A DNA stretch of 64,000 nt from NCBI GenBank assembly GCA_031962025.1, contig JAVRKW010000002.1; one strand, written 5' to 3'. The notes beneath the pieces are model-generated. The model was not told where the DNA came from and did no database searches. It saw only the letters and a program-made list of their open reading frames with translations. The DNA is from Pseudothermotoga sp. (GTDB lineage: Bacteria; Thermotogota; Thermotogae; Thermotogales; DSM-5069). This document shows, in pieces, positions 39,635 to 48,669 of the stretch. Both the position numbers and the translations under genes were made by a program. Position 1 is the stretch's first letter, and each line of letters opens with the position of its first letter.

Positions 39635-41011
39635 TCACATGAGTATCATCGCCACTATCGTTGCACCAACAAATCCGAGAATAACTGGTACGAAGTTTTT
39701 CCTTGCAATTTCTTCTGGCTTTGTTTTACAAACAGCAGCCACTGCGATTAAAGCCCATGGAACTATGGTACCTCCACCGGTGTTAACAGCCGTGAGCTGT
39801 CCAAGAGCCGCAAGAACAGATGACTTTACTTTGGCTGCGGCGCCAAGTCCTCCTGCAAGGGTACCCATCAGGGGTAAGCCTGAAAATCCCGAACCGTCAA
39901 GACCTGTGATTGCACCAATAACAGCCTGCATTGGAGCAACAGCAAATCTATTAAGTGGTACCTTGGCAGCGAGTGCATTGCTCAAATCAAAAAGTAAAGG
40001 TCTGCCAGCACTTCCAAATATTTGTGCTGCAGGACCACCACCCATGTAGAACAAAGCGGCTATGACAAAAACTGGTGCAAAGATTTTCACACCGAACATG
40101 AATCCTTCTCTGAGAAAATCAACACCAAGTTCAAGGCCCTCTGTTTTGTACTGTACGAGCGTGAATACGAGTAAAAGCAATGCCGCTGTACCACCAAGTA
40201 GTGCCGTCGCATCCCCGCCACGAAGTTTCAGAGCGAGCATGAGTACTATATCGAGTAAAAATGCCATAGTCACTACAACAGCCTCGGCTTTTGCAAAAGC
40301 ACTGTGCTCAGTACTTTTACTCTTTACAACGCTTTCTCCAAAAATCTCTATATCTTTCTTTGGATCATACCCTTTGTTCGCCTTCATCGTGAAATAGTAA
40401 GTGAGTGGAATTGCAATCACTGCCCAAACGATGATCAATGGTACCATGGAACTCATAACTGTACCAACAGGTAATCCCGCCGCCTTAGCCGTCAGTGTTG
40501 GCGCACCTTGAATTACAAAATCCGTTGTCAGTGATATACCATAAGCAAACATGGCTATCGCTACGCCCGCTCCCACTGGAGATAGTCCGGCACTAACCGC
40601 AACTGGAACCAGCAAGCTTCCTATCAGAGCAACTGCGGGGGTGGGCCATATAAAGAGAGCGAGAATGGCTGTGATGATACCTACGAACCAAAAGGCAGAA
40701 TTCGGTCCTTTAATGGGTTTCCCAAGCGTTCTTATCAATACAGCTGCGGCTCCGCTTTTCTCCATCTGCTTGGAAAGGGCAACCATCAAAGAAATAACCA
40801 CAACAATGCCCATCAGTTCATTTGCCGTGACCACAATAGCATTGAAAACTGACTGAACTGCACCCAAGAAAGAGCCCGTCACTGCCCAGCCAACACACAG
40901 AGCGCCAATGATACAAATGAGTGGGGTGTCCTTTCTCAGAAACATGGTTACCACAACTGCAGCCATGAAAAATAAATACAACCAGTGAGCCAATGTGAGC
41001 TCCACCGCCAT
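39635..41011 (-). CDS. Uncharacterised multi-pass membrane transporter
   Basis: About 12 TMs, Gly/Ala-rich, FIWPTPAVALIG, TGLDGSGFSGLPL, GGGTIVPW. Confidence 0.75.
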   Translation of the reverse strand: MAVELTLAHWLYLFFMAAVVVTMFLRKDTPLICIIGALCVGWAVTGSFLGAVQSVFNAIVVTANELMGIVVVISLMVALSKQMEKSGAAAVLIRTLGKPIKGPNSAFWFVGIITAILALFIWPTPAVALIGSLLVPVAVSAGLSPVGAGVAIAMFAYGISLTTDFVIQGAPTLTAKAAGLPVGTVMSSMVPLIIVWAVIAIPLTYYFTMKANKGYDPKKDIEIFGESVVKSKSTEHSAFAKAEAVVVTMAFLLDIVLMLALKLRGGDATALLGGTAALLLLVFTLVQYKTEGLELGVDFLREGFMFGVKIFAPVFVIAALFYMGGGPAAQIFGSAGRPLLFDLSNALAAKVPLNRFAVAPMQAVIGAITGLDGSGFSGLPLMGTLAGGLGAAAKVKSSVLAALGQLTAVNTGGGTIVPWALIAVAAVCKTKPEEIARKNFVPVILGFVGATIVAMILM

Positions 41012-41026
41012 AACCCCTTCACCTCC

Positions 41027-42316
41027 TCACAAAAGCTTGATATTGAAAATTGATTTCAACCCAGCTTTTTTCACCCTTTCTTTTATGATTGAGATATCTG
41101 TTGTATACAGATTTTTCTGGATCATCCTTTTGAAATAAATGGAACCAGAGAAGGTGTATTTGTACTGACGACCCTCTTCTTTTTTCATTTCGGCTATCAC
41201 GTGATTTACAAAATCTCCAACGGCAAGTTCGTCTGGAAGCCTAAGAAGTTTTTCGCCCAGAACCTGCCTGACCGCATTATGTCCAGCCAAGGTTCCGGAT
41301 ACTATTGCCTCTGTGTGACCCACCATTGCACCTGCCTTTTCACCGGCGCAGAATAAATTGTCAACAGAACCTATTGCCTGAAGCTCGTCAGTACAGTTGG
41401 CAAAGCCAAAATACCTCATTGAATTACCTTTACCACCTGCTATCGGATCTTCATACCTTGCTTTTTCCATACCTGGTACTTTTCTGAGCCTTTCAAGAGG
41501 GAAAAATGGTGTCATCAATTTAACAGGACCGGTGTCCAGTAAAACCAGATTTCCGATGAATTCCTCAAGCGCATACTGTTGACATGCTTTCATACTAAGA
41601 AGTTTTTCTTCTTCGCGAACTTCAGGTGGTACTGGAACGAGTGCTGAGCCTTTTTCCTCAAGTTCCCTGACAATCTGTGGATCTATAGAATCTTTGCAGA
41701 GTTTACAGGACCCGCTCATTGCCCCAACAGTGCCATCTGGTTTCTTTCCAACCCATTCTTCAACACCGACTTTAGTGGTTATGCTCACTCTTGGTCCAAA
41801 ACTGTGGCACCTGAGAATGCACATTGCACAACCATTACCATATTTGGTGCAATTTGCCGGTACTGCTGAAGTCCCCGTTGCGTCGACAAAAGCATCTGCC
41901 CTGATTGGTTCGAGCCCTTCAACAACAACGCAGGAAATCTTCTTCCCCTCTCTTGCCACATCGATAACTCTGGCTTTTGTGAAAATTTGTACGCCGAGTC
42001 TTCCCAGGTATTCTCTTACAGCGGGCTCAATTTTATAAACGTTGTACAGACTGGCGTGTTTGTGACCTGGAAATTCGACATTTGTGTGAGTGACACAGTT
42101 ATCCATCACAGAGAAGATATCCGCTCCCATTTCGAGCATTTCCTCAGCCGCCGTAAATCTACCATTGTTTCTGAAGATCCCTCCAACCAATCCCGTCCCA
42201 AGAAGCATATCTGTTCTTTCAAGTAATATCACTTCAGCACCGGCTTTGCGGGCTGACGCAGCAGCGGCACAGCCACCCCAGCCCCCTCCTACTACGACGA
42301 TCTTTGGCGCATGCAT
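41027..42316 (-). CDS. GidA/TrmFO-like FAD-dependent oxidoreductase with Cys cluster
   Basis: VVGGGWGGCAAA, VDATG, LFCAGEKAG..GHTEAIVSG.LAG.NA; CX6CX2CX3C motif. Confidence 0.8.
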   Translation of the reverse strand: MHAPKIVVVGGGWGGCAAAASARKAGAEVILLERTDMLLGTGLVGGIFRNNGRFTAAEEMLEMGADIFSVMDNCVTHTNVEFPGHKHASLYNVYKIEPAVREYLGRLGVQIFTKARVIDVAREGKKISCVVVEGLEPIRADAFVDATGTSAVPANCTKYGNGCAMCILRCHSFGPRVSITTKVGVEEWVGKKPDGTVGAMSGSCKLCKDSIDPQIVRELEEKGSALVPVPPEVREEEKLLSMKACQQYALEEFIGNLVLLDTGPVKLMTPFFPLERLRKVPGMEKARYEDPIAGGKGNSMRYFGFANCTDELQAIGSVDNLFCAGEKAGAMVGHTEAIVSGTLAGHNAVRQVLGEKLLRLPDELAVGDFVNHVIAEMKKEEGRQYKYTFSGSIYFKRMIQKNLYTTDISIIKERVKKAGLKSIFNIKLL

Positions 42317-42350
42317 TAGCTCACCCCCTTATTGTCGTATTGTCCTGTGA

Positions 42351-43805
42351 TCAAATCAAACCAGAGTACTTTGCCACGATTTCGATCAATCTCACAAGAC
42401 CTCTCACAGCGAGTCTTGCTTTGTCTTCGATTATTTCACCATTTTCATCAGTTGTACCGAGCCCAAGTGATATGAATATGTTTGCATCATAAGCAACTGT
42501 CTGTACAATTCCCATTACATCTGTTCCTGATTGCAGTATGTTCGTTCCCGCATACATGTCTTCGATTGAGAAAATCGGGAATGGGACTCCTTTTTCCCAG
42601 CAATCATCGTAGTTTATCTCGACCGCACCGGAGTTGTAGCTTTTGGAAATTTTGAATATATGTCTTATCTTGCTGTCAAGTTTGGAAAATTCTTCAACTG
42701 TTATCTCATACAACCTATCAACACCCGCTCTGTACTTATCTGCTTTTTGCCTCAATGCTTTTAGAGCCGCTATCGCTCCGGCAAGAGATTCTTTACCTGG
42801 ATCAAAGGTCACATAGGCTGCCTTACCGTATGAAGACCATGTCCCGCTTCTATCACCATGTGTTCCCATCGCGCGTCTGATGGGTACCATCACATCTTCC
42901 CGACCGATTATCAAACCACAGGTGGGCGCACCGGCTGCTTTGTCCATGCTGTACGTCATAACCCATGCACCGGTCTTTCTCAAATCTGTTCCTATGAATG
43001 GCACACCCCAGGCGTTGTCAACGATGTAAGGAACATTGTAATACTGTGCAAGTTCACCGATTTTTTTCTGAAGTACAGGTGTTCCATCTTTGTCTTTTTC
43101 TCCATAGCCGTAACCAGCCGTGTCGTACCCAAGCGAGGAAAAACCAGCCAGTGTGTCGGCATATCTTTCGGCGTACTCTTTGATTCTACTTGCCGTGCCC
43201 TGGGCGTCGACACCGCTCAGCAAAATAACGGGATGGTACTTGATGCCGTGAACAGGATATCGTCCTCCAGCCATGGGAACGATGACTACATCAACATTCT
43301 CAAGCCTTTTTCCATAAAATCCAAGCTCTCCTGCTGTACAGCCTCTGTCTGCGAAGATGTCTTTGTACTGAGGTGGAATGGGTCTTCCATAACCGCCGTG
43401 GTGATGAAGATGCCTTTCATAGGGTACGATGTACCTGCTTCGGTATTTTTCACCTCTTCCAGTGAATGGTGGGGAAACAAGAACATCAAAACTCAGCCAG
43501 AGCGCAGCTTCACAGGTGCTCACAAGCAGTGCATCGTAATCGTCTCCGTAGTAATCTTTCACGATATCTCTTATTTCATCTGCAAAGACTTTGTTCGGAA
43601 TGACTTCTCTTGAAACTTTGCTTATGGCTTCATCGACTTCTTTTGAGATAAGCCCGTGACAGCCGGATATCGCACCAGTCAAACCAAACTTGCCTCGCCA
43701 TTCCTGCGGTATACCTATTTCATCCGCTGCTTTCTTGGCTTCCTCGAAAATCTTTGGCATTGATTGTTTGAGATGTCTGTAAAGATGATACTTGTTTTTG
43801 AACAT
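42351..43805 (-). CDS. SelA-like fold type I PLP-dependent enzyme
   Basis: VPYIVDNAWG and YSMDKAAGAPTCGLIIGR resemble the SelA-family FSGDKxxGGPQxGIIxG site; VSTCEAAL. Confidence 0.7.
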   Translation of the reverse strand: MFKNKYHLYRHLKQSMPKIFEEAKKAADEIGIPQEWRGKFGLTGAISGCHGLISKEVDEAISKVSREVIPNKVFADEIRDIVKDYYGDDYDALLVSTCEAALWLSFDVLVSPPFTGRGEKYRSRYIVPYERHLHHHGGYGRPIPPQYKDIFADRGCTAGELGFYGKRLENVDVVIVPMAGGRYPVHGIKYHPVILLSGVDAQGTASRIKEYAERYADTLAGFSSLGYDTAGYGYGEKDKDGTPVLQKKIGELAQYYNVPYIVDNAWGVPFIGTDLRKTGAWVMTYSMDKAAGAPTCGLIIGREDVMVPIRRAMGTHGDRSGTWSSYGKAAYVTFDPGKESLAGAIAALKALRQKADKYRAGVDRLYEITVEEFSKLDSKIRHIFKISKSYNSGAVEINYDDCWEKGVPFPIFSIEDMYAGTNILQSGTDVMGIVQTVAYDANIFISLGLGTTDENGEIIEDKARLAVRGLVRLIEIVAKYSGLI

Positions 43806-43821
43806 ACAAAATCCCTCCTTT

Positions 43822-44256
43822 TTAGTCTCTTGTGAAATAAATCAGATCATTTAAATTCAGATTCATTTCCTCGCCGGTTACAAGCTGATCTGTGACAATC
43901 ACTATATTCTGATGGTTTGGCATATGAGTTTCATCAAAACCAGCCAGACTACCAATGCATTTTCCATTCGAAAGCTTTACTTTGTCTTTGAAGACCACCA
44001 CACCAGGACTTATGACCTCTACGAAAGCCAGATATGCTATTTTGTTCACACTCTTGCCCGGTGATGCATCCTGCTCATCTGTCAGAATGAGCTCGTGGAT
44101 CTCGCCATTTCTCAGAGCCCTTGACCAGGGGGATATCAAAGACAAATTTCTGTTGCTCAACTTTCCACGAAGCACTGCTACTACTCTTCCAACAACAGTC
44201 GTTTTTTTTGCATACAGATCTTTTTTGACAATCTCAGATGCATACGGATCCATCAT
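43822..44256 (-). CDS. Conserved hypothetical protein (DUF6917-like)
   Basis: SRAL..GEIHELILTD, AYLAFVEV, AGFDETHMPNHQNI. Confidence 0.6.
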   Translation of the reverse strand: MMDPYASEIVKKDLYAKKTTVVGRVVAVLRGKLSNRNLSLISPWSRALRNGEIHELILTDEQDASPGKSVNKIAYLAFVEVISPGVVVFKDKVKLSNGKCIGSLAGFDETHMPNHQNIVIVTDQLVTGEEMNLNLNDLIYFTRD

Positions 44257-44261
44257 CTATG

Positions 44262-44639
44262 TCACTCCCTGACCGCAATGACCTCGACTTCAATTTGAGC
44301 ACCTCTGGGTAAACCGGCAACTTGAACAAAGGACCTTGCAGGCTTGTGCTCACCAAAGTACTGGCTGTAAACTTCATTGACTGCGGTAAAATTAGACAGA
44401 TCTGTCACAAAAACCGTGACTTTTACTGTGTTTTTAAGATCACAACCGCTCGCTTTGAGTATGGCTTTTATGTTTTCAAAAACTCTTGCGGCTTGCTTTT
44501 TTATATCTCCATTCACCAGTTCACCCGTTACTGGATCAAGCGGGATCTGCCCGGAAACAAAAACAAATCCGCTGGCTTCAACTGCCTGAGAATATGGTCC
44601 TATTGCCTTGGGTGCCTGATCTGTACTGATAGTTCTCAC
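44262..44639 (-). CDS. ridA: RidA/YjgF enamine/imine deaminase
   Basis: APKAIGPYSQA, SGQIP, PARS, LPRGAQIEVE; start moved to GTG 44639 behind GGAGG. Confidence 0.92.
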   Translation of the reverse strand: MRTISTDQAPKAIGPYSQAVEASGFVFVSGQIPLDPVTGELVNGDIKKQAARVFENIKAILKASGCDLKNTVKVTVFVTDLSNFTAVNEVYSQYFGEHKPARSFVQVAGLPRGAQIEVEVIAVRE

Positions 44640-44652
44640 ACGCATTCCTCCT

Positions 44653-45324
44653 TCACACAATATTGGCATCTGATTTATTTCTTGCCTCACGAAGATATGC
44701 ATACACGGTGAACTTGGAATTTCCCATTTCCTTTGCGAGTAAATCAACTGCACCTTTGAGCAGGAAAAAACCTTTTTCGTCGAGCTTTCTGAGAACATTT
44801 ATTTTTTCTTCTTTGGTTGCATATCTCAAAGGCTTTCCCGTCAGAGACTTGACCTGTTGAACCGCTTCATTAAGAAGCTCTTCAACTCTGCCTGCGAATT
44901 TTTCGTGGTTTGCTCCTGCAAGGTCTTCCAGTTTCTGAAAAGACAATTGCTGATCGATCACCTGCTTAAACATGGAAATTTTAGTTGTATCGAAGTTGAT
45001 ACACAGAAAACCTATGATCTTTTCACTTTCATCGCGTATGAATATTGTCGTTGAACGCAGGATCCTGCCGTCTGAAGTTGTGGTCATGTAATTTGGCACC
45101 ACATCAACATTTTTGAACTTCTCAGATCTGAGTATGTATAGTCCCAAATCTGTTAAAGGTGCTCCAACCTTTCTTCCTGTGATATGACCGTTTTCGATAG
45201 CTATAACAGAATGCTCCGGGTCGGTTATATCATGAAGAACAATTTCATAGTCAGGACCCAGCATCTGTGCAAGACCTCTGGCAACTGGTATGAAAGCCTT
45301 TAAAATGGGATGAATCTTTTTCAT
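44653..45324 (-). CDS. DauR/YheO-family PAS-HTH transcriptional regulator
   Basis: EIVLHD, IENGHITGRKVGAPLTD, LRSTT, GFLCINFD, LDEKGFFLLKGAV...SKFTVYAYL. Confidence 0.9.
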   Translation of the reverse strand: MKKIHPILKAFIPVARGLAQMLGPDYEIVLHDITDPEHSVIAIENGHITGRKVGAPLTDLGLYILRSEKFKNVDVVPNYMTTTSDGRILRSTTIFIRDESEKIIGFLCINFDTTKISMFKQVIDQQLSFQKLEDLAGANHEKFAGRVEELLNEAVQQVKSLTGKPLRYATKEEKINVLRKLDEKGFFLLKGAVDLLAKEMGNSKFTVYAYLREARNKSDANIV

Positions 45325-45345
45325 AATCTCAACCCCCTTCTATCA

Positions 45346-45401
45346 TACAAAAATTTGTACTGTAATACAATAGTTTTTTTAATAAGATACAAGAATTTGT
45401 A
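45346..45401. promoter_or_regulatory. Two palindromic operator-like boxes
   Basis: TACAAAAATTTGTA (45346-45359) and TACAAGAATTTGTA (45388-45401), 42 bp apart. Confidence 0.6.
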
Positions 45402-45550
45402 CAAAGCAAGTACCAGGATCACAGATCTTTGTGCCGAAAAATCAACCAATTTGCCAGATTTTGCCAAAAAACCATCTATTTCAGCCTAAGGTTGACAGCA
45501 ACAACTTGCCGTTCAGATTATGCATTCTGTGAGGTAAAATAATAATAGAG

Positions 45551-46192
45551 GTGAGAGTTTTGAGAGAAGAACTCTACAGATTCAAATACAAATCTTTGTG
45601 CGAAAAGATCAAGCCAATTTTGGAAAGAAAAGCCTTTGAGGTGCACATAGTTGAAAATGCCGAGCAGGCAAAGAAACTGGTTGAAGAATTGATTCCGCAG
45701 GGATCGGTTGTAAGCTCAGGTGGATCAGTCACTTTGAGCGATTGCGGAATACTGGACTTACTCAGAAGCGGAAGATACAAATTTTTAGATCGATACAACA
45801 GCGTTGATAGAAGAAAAACGGAACTCGAATCTTTCGACAGCGATTATTATCTTTGCAGTGCCAATGCAATTACGATGAACGGTGAACTTGTCTTCATGGA
45901 CGGTTTTGGCAACAGAGTGGCTTCGCTGACCTATGGACCAAAGAACGTCATTCTAATCGTGAGTGCAAATAAAATTGTGAATGATCTGCAAGCCGCAAGA
46001 GAGAGAATCAGATACATAGCACCGATGAATGCAAAAAGACTTTCTCTTTCAACTCCATGTGCAAATACCGGCATCTGCCAGGACTGTGATTCGCCACAGA
46101 GAATTTGCAGACATTTTCATGTTATATATGATTCGCGCAATTTACCAAGAAGGATAAAGATCATCTTTGTGCTTCAAGAACTTGGACTGTGA
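45551..46192 (+). CDS. LUD-domain (lactate utilisation-like) protein
   Basis: GGSVTL, SANAITMNGELV, GNRVA, TPCANTGICQDCDSPQRIC. Confidence 0.85.
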   Translation: MRVLREELYRFKYKSLCEKIKPILERKAFEVHIVENAEQAKKLVEELIPQGSVVSSGGSVTLSDCGILDLLRSGRYKFLDRYNSVDRRKTELESFDSDYYLCSANAITMNGELVFMDGFGNRVASLTYGPKNVILIVSANKIVNDLQAARERIRYIAPMNAKRLSLSTPCANTGICQDCDSPQRICRHFHVIYDSRNLPRRIKIIFVLQELGL

Positions 46193-46202
46193 GGGATTTA
46201 TC

Positions 46203-47282
46203 ATGGAAGAAAAATGGCTGAAGCTTTACCAGAAACTCGTCAACACCGATACCGGTTTTGACATCGACTTTCCAACAAAACTCAAAAGAACTTCTTTCAT
46301 AGCCGAAATACTGAGTGAACTTGGCTTTGATGTTCATCAAGAAGAAGCGGCACACGTTGCCGTTATGGGAAAGGAACCGTATTTGACTCTAATAGGTCAT
46401 CTTGATACGGTTTTTAAGGAAGGAGAATCACAGGCAAGACCGTTTTCTATAAAAGAAAATATAGTTTATGGACCGGGTGTTGCAGACATGAAAGGTGGAA
46501 TAATCACCCTGCTTGCGACTGTTGAACTTGCAAGAAAAAACGGCATTAAAGACCTGTGTGTGATACTCAACGTCGATGAAGAGCTTGGTTCAAAAACAAG
46601 CAGAGAGACTTTTTACAGATACGCCAGAAAAAGTGTGTGCTGCCTTTCTTTCGAACCAGGAGGCATCAATGGTGAAATCGTGGTGAGCAGAAAAGGCATA
46701 GCTTCGATGAATCTCACTGTTAAGGGAAAAAAAGCTCATGCATCGAGACTCAACGAAGGTGCGAATGCGCTGGTGGAGGCATGTCGAAAGATAGATGAAA
46801 TATACTCTTTAAACGGCACATTTGGAGATTTGACATTAAATCCAACGATAATCAGTGCAGGAGAAAAATCAAATATCACACCAGATCTGTGCAACGTATA
46901 TTTTGATGTGAGATTTTCTTCAAAAAAAGAGCTCGAAGATTGCAAAAATGCCATTATAAAAATATGTTCTAACACCTCAATAGAAGGTACAAGCTGTGAG
47001 TTTTCTCTTCAGGAACGAAGACCCGCGATGGGATTTAATCCGCAAATAAAGGTTGCTCTTGAAAAGGCTTTTGAAAAAATCGGTAAAAGATTCGAATTGG
47101 AGCATTCAAGCGGAGGCGCAGACAGTGCATTTTTCTATGAATCAGGTGTTCCGGCAATAGATGGTCTTGGCATAACAGGTGCAAGGTTTCACTCAGAACA
47201 GGAGTATGCCCTGCTTGATAGTTTTGAACCAAGAGTCATGTTATCCATGGAAATTTTAAGGTATTTTGATCAAAAGAGGTGA
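46203..47282 (+). CDS. M20-family metallopeptidase (glutamate carboxypeptidase-like)
   Basis: GHLDTV, GPGVADMKGG, DEELGS, GGAD, DGLG..H. Confidence 0.88.
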   Translation: MEEKWLKLYQKLVNTDTGFDIDFPTKLKRTSFIAEILSELGFDVHQEEAAHVAVMGKEPYLTLIGHLDTVFKEGESQARPFSIKENIVYGPGVADMKGGIITLLATVELARKNGIKDLCVILNVDEELGSKTSRETFYRYARKSVCCLSFEPGGINGEIVVSRKGIASMNLTVKGKKAHASRLNEGANALVEACRKIDEIYSLNGTFGDLTLNPTIISAGEKSNITPDLCNVYFDVRFSSKKELEDCKNAIIKICSNTSIEGTSCEFSLQERRPAMGFNPQIKVALEKAFEKIGKRFELEHSSGGADSAFFYESGVPAIDGLGITGARFHSEQEYALLDSFEPRVMLSMEILRYFDQKR

Positions 47283-47286
47283 TTGG

Positions 47287-48669
47287 ATGAAATTCGTAGA
47301 TACAACTTTAAGAGACGGACACCAGTCTTTGATAGCTACCAGAATGTCAACAAAAGACATGATTCCAGCTCTTGAAGCCATGGACAGGGTTGGTTTCTAT
47401 TCCATGGAAATGTGGGGTGGAGCCACCTTCGACGTGGCAGTGAGATTTTTAAATGAAGATCCATGGGAAAGGTTGAGAAAGATCAGAGAAAAAATCAAAA
47501 ACACAAAGCTCCAGATGCTTCTTCGCGGGCAAAATCTGGTTGGCTATCGTCACTACGCAGATGATACGGTAAGACTCTTTGTCAAAAAAATGGTCGAAAA
47601 CGGCATAGACATAATAAGAATCTTTGACGCACTGAATGACGAGAGAAATCTTGTGGTAGCCATAGATGAAGCCAAAAAAATGAAAGCGCATGTACAGGGT
47701 GCCATTTCTTACACAGTCAGTCCGGTGCACACTCTGGATTATTATCTGAACTACGCAAGAAAACTGGTAGAACTCGGTGTTGATTCGATCTGCATAAAAG
47801 ACATGGCAGGGTTATTAACCCCCAAAGAAACCTATGACCTTGTGAGTTCGCTGAAAAAACAGTTCTCACTGCCCGTAGATGTCCATTCACACTGCACCTG
47901 CGGACTTGCAGTTGCAAGTTATCAAGCCGCAATTGACGCCGGTGCAGACATAATAGACACTGCTCTTTCACCGTTTGCGCTCGGCACTTCTCAGCCTCCT
48001 TTTGAGCCGTTTTATTATTCTCTGAGCAAGCAGAATATCGTACCACCATCAGACTGGGATACTCTGAACTTTTTGATAGAATACTTCACCAAAGTCAGAG
48101 AAAAATATTCAGCCTTCGATGTGAAGATGACAACAATCGATCCAAAGATACTGTACGCACAGGTACCGGGGGGAATGTATTCAAATATGGTCAAGCAACT
48201 TCAGGAGCAGAAGATGTCCCACAAAATGAAAGAAGTACTCGAGGAAATCCCCAGAGTTCAAAAAGATCTTGGCTATCCACCGCTTGTCACACCCACAAGC
48301 CAGATAGTTGGTGTTCAGGCAGTTTTGAATGTCATGACAGGTGAAAGATATTCAAAGGTGACAAAAGAAGTCAGAGAATATGTCAAAGGATTCTACGGTC
48401 GACCACCAGCACCAATCGATCCGGAATTGATAAAAAAGATACTAAAAGACGAGAAACCAATCGACGTTCGACCCGGAGAAATCATTCCACCCGAAGTGGA
48501 AAAGGCAAGAAAAGATCTTGGTTTACTTGCCAAAAGCGATGAGGATGTGCTGATATATGTCATACTCGGGGAAGTAGGCAAAAAATACCTGCAAAAACGC
48601 TATATCGATCAGTTAAAGGTAGACTTTGATCTTGTAGAAGAATTTGAAGCACCGGTTTATCCAGTATGA
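47287..48669 (+). CDS. Oxaloacetate decarboxylase alpha / pyruvate carboxylase B carboxyltransferase subunit (no biotinyl domain)
   Basis: DTTLRDGHQSLIATR, WGGATFD, EDPWERL, IKDMAG, HSH, QVPGGM, LVTPTSQIVG. Confidence 0.9.
   Translation: MKFVDTTLRDGHQSLIATRMSTKDMIPALEAMDRVGFYSMEMWGGATFDVAVRFLNEDPWERLRKIREKIKNTKLQMLLRGQNLVGYRHYADDTVRLFVKKMVENGIDIIRIFDALNDERNLVVAIDEAKKMKAHVQGAISYTVSPVHTLDYYLNYARKLVELGVDSICIKDMAGLLTPKETYDLVSSLKKQFSLPVDVHSHCTCGLAVASYQAAIDAGADIIDTALSPFALGTSQPPFEPFYYSLSKQNIVPPSDWDTLNFLIEYFTKVREKYSAFDVKMTTIDPKILYAQVPGGMYSNMVKQLQEQKMSHKMKEVLEEIPRVQKDLGYPPLVTPTSQIVGVQAVLNVMTGERYSKVTKEVREYVKGFYGRPPAPIDPELIKKILKDEKPIDVRPGEIIPPEVEKARKDLGLLAKSDEDVLIYVILGEVGKKYLQKRYIDQLKVDFDLVEEFEAPVYPV

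Noticed and set aside
42351..43805. True selenocysteine synthase selA
   Set aside because: No selB/selC/selD nearby; similarity limited to the PLP-site region.
44640..44798. N-terminal extension of RidA given by the ORF track
   Set aside because: Overlaps the regulator gene; SD and family length place the start at 44639.
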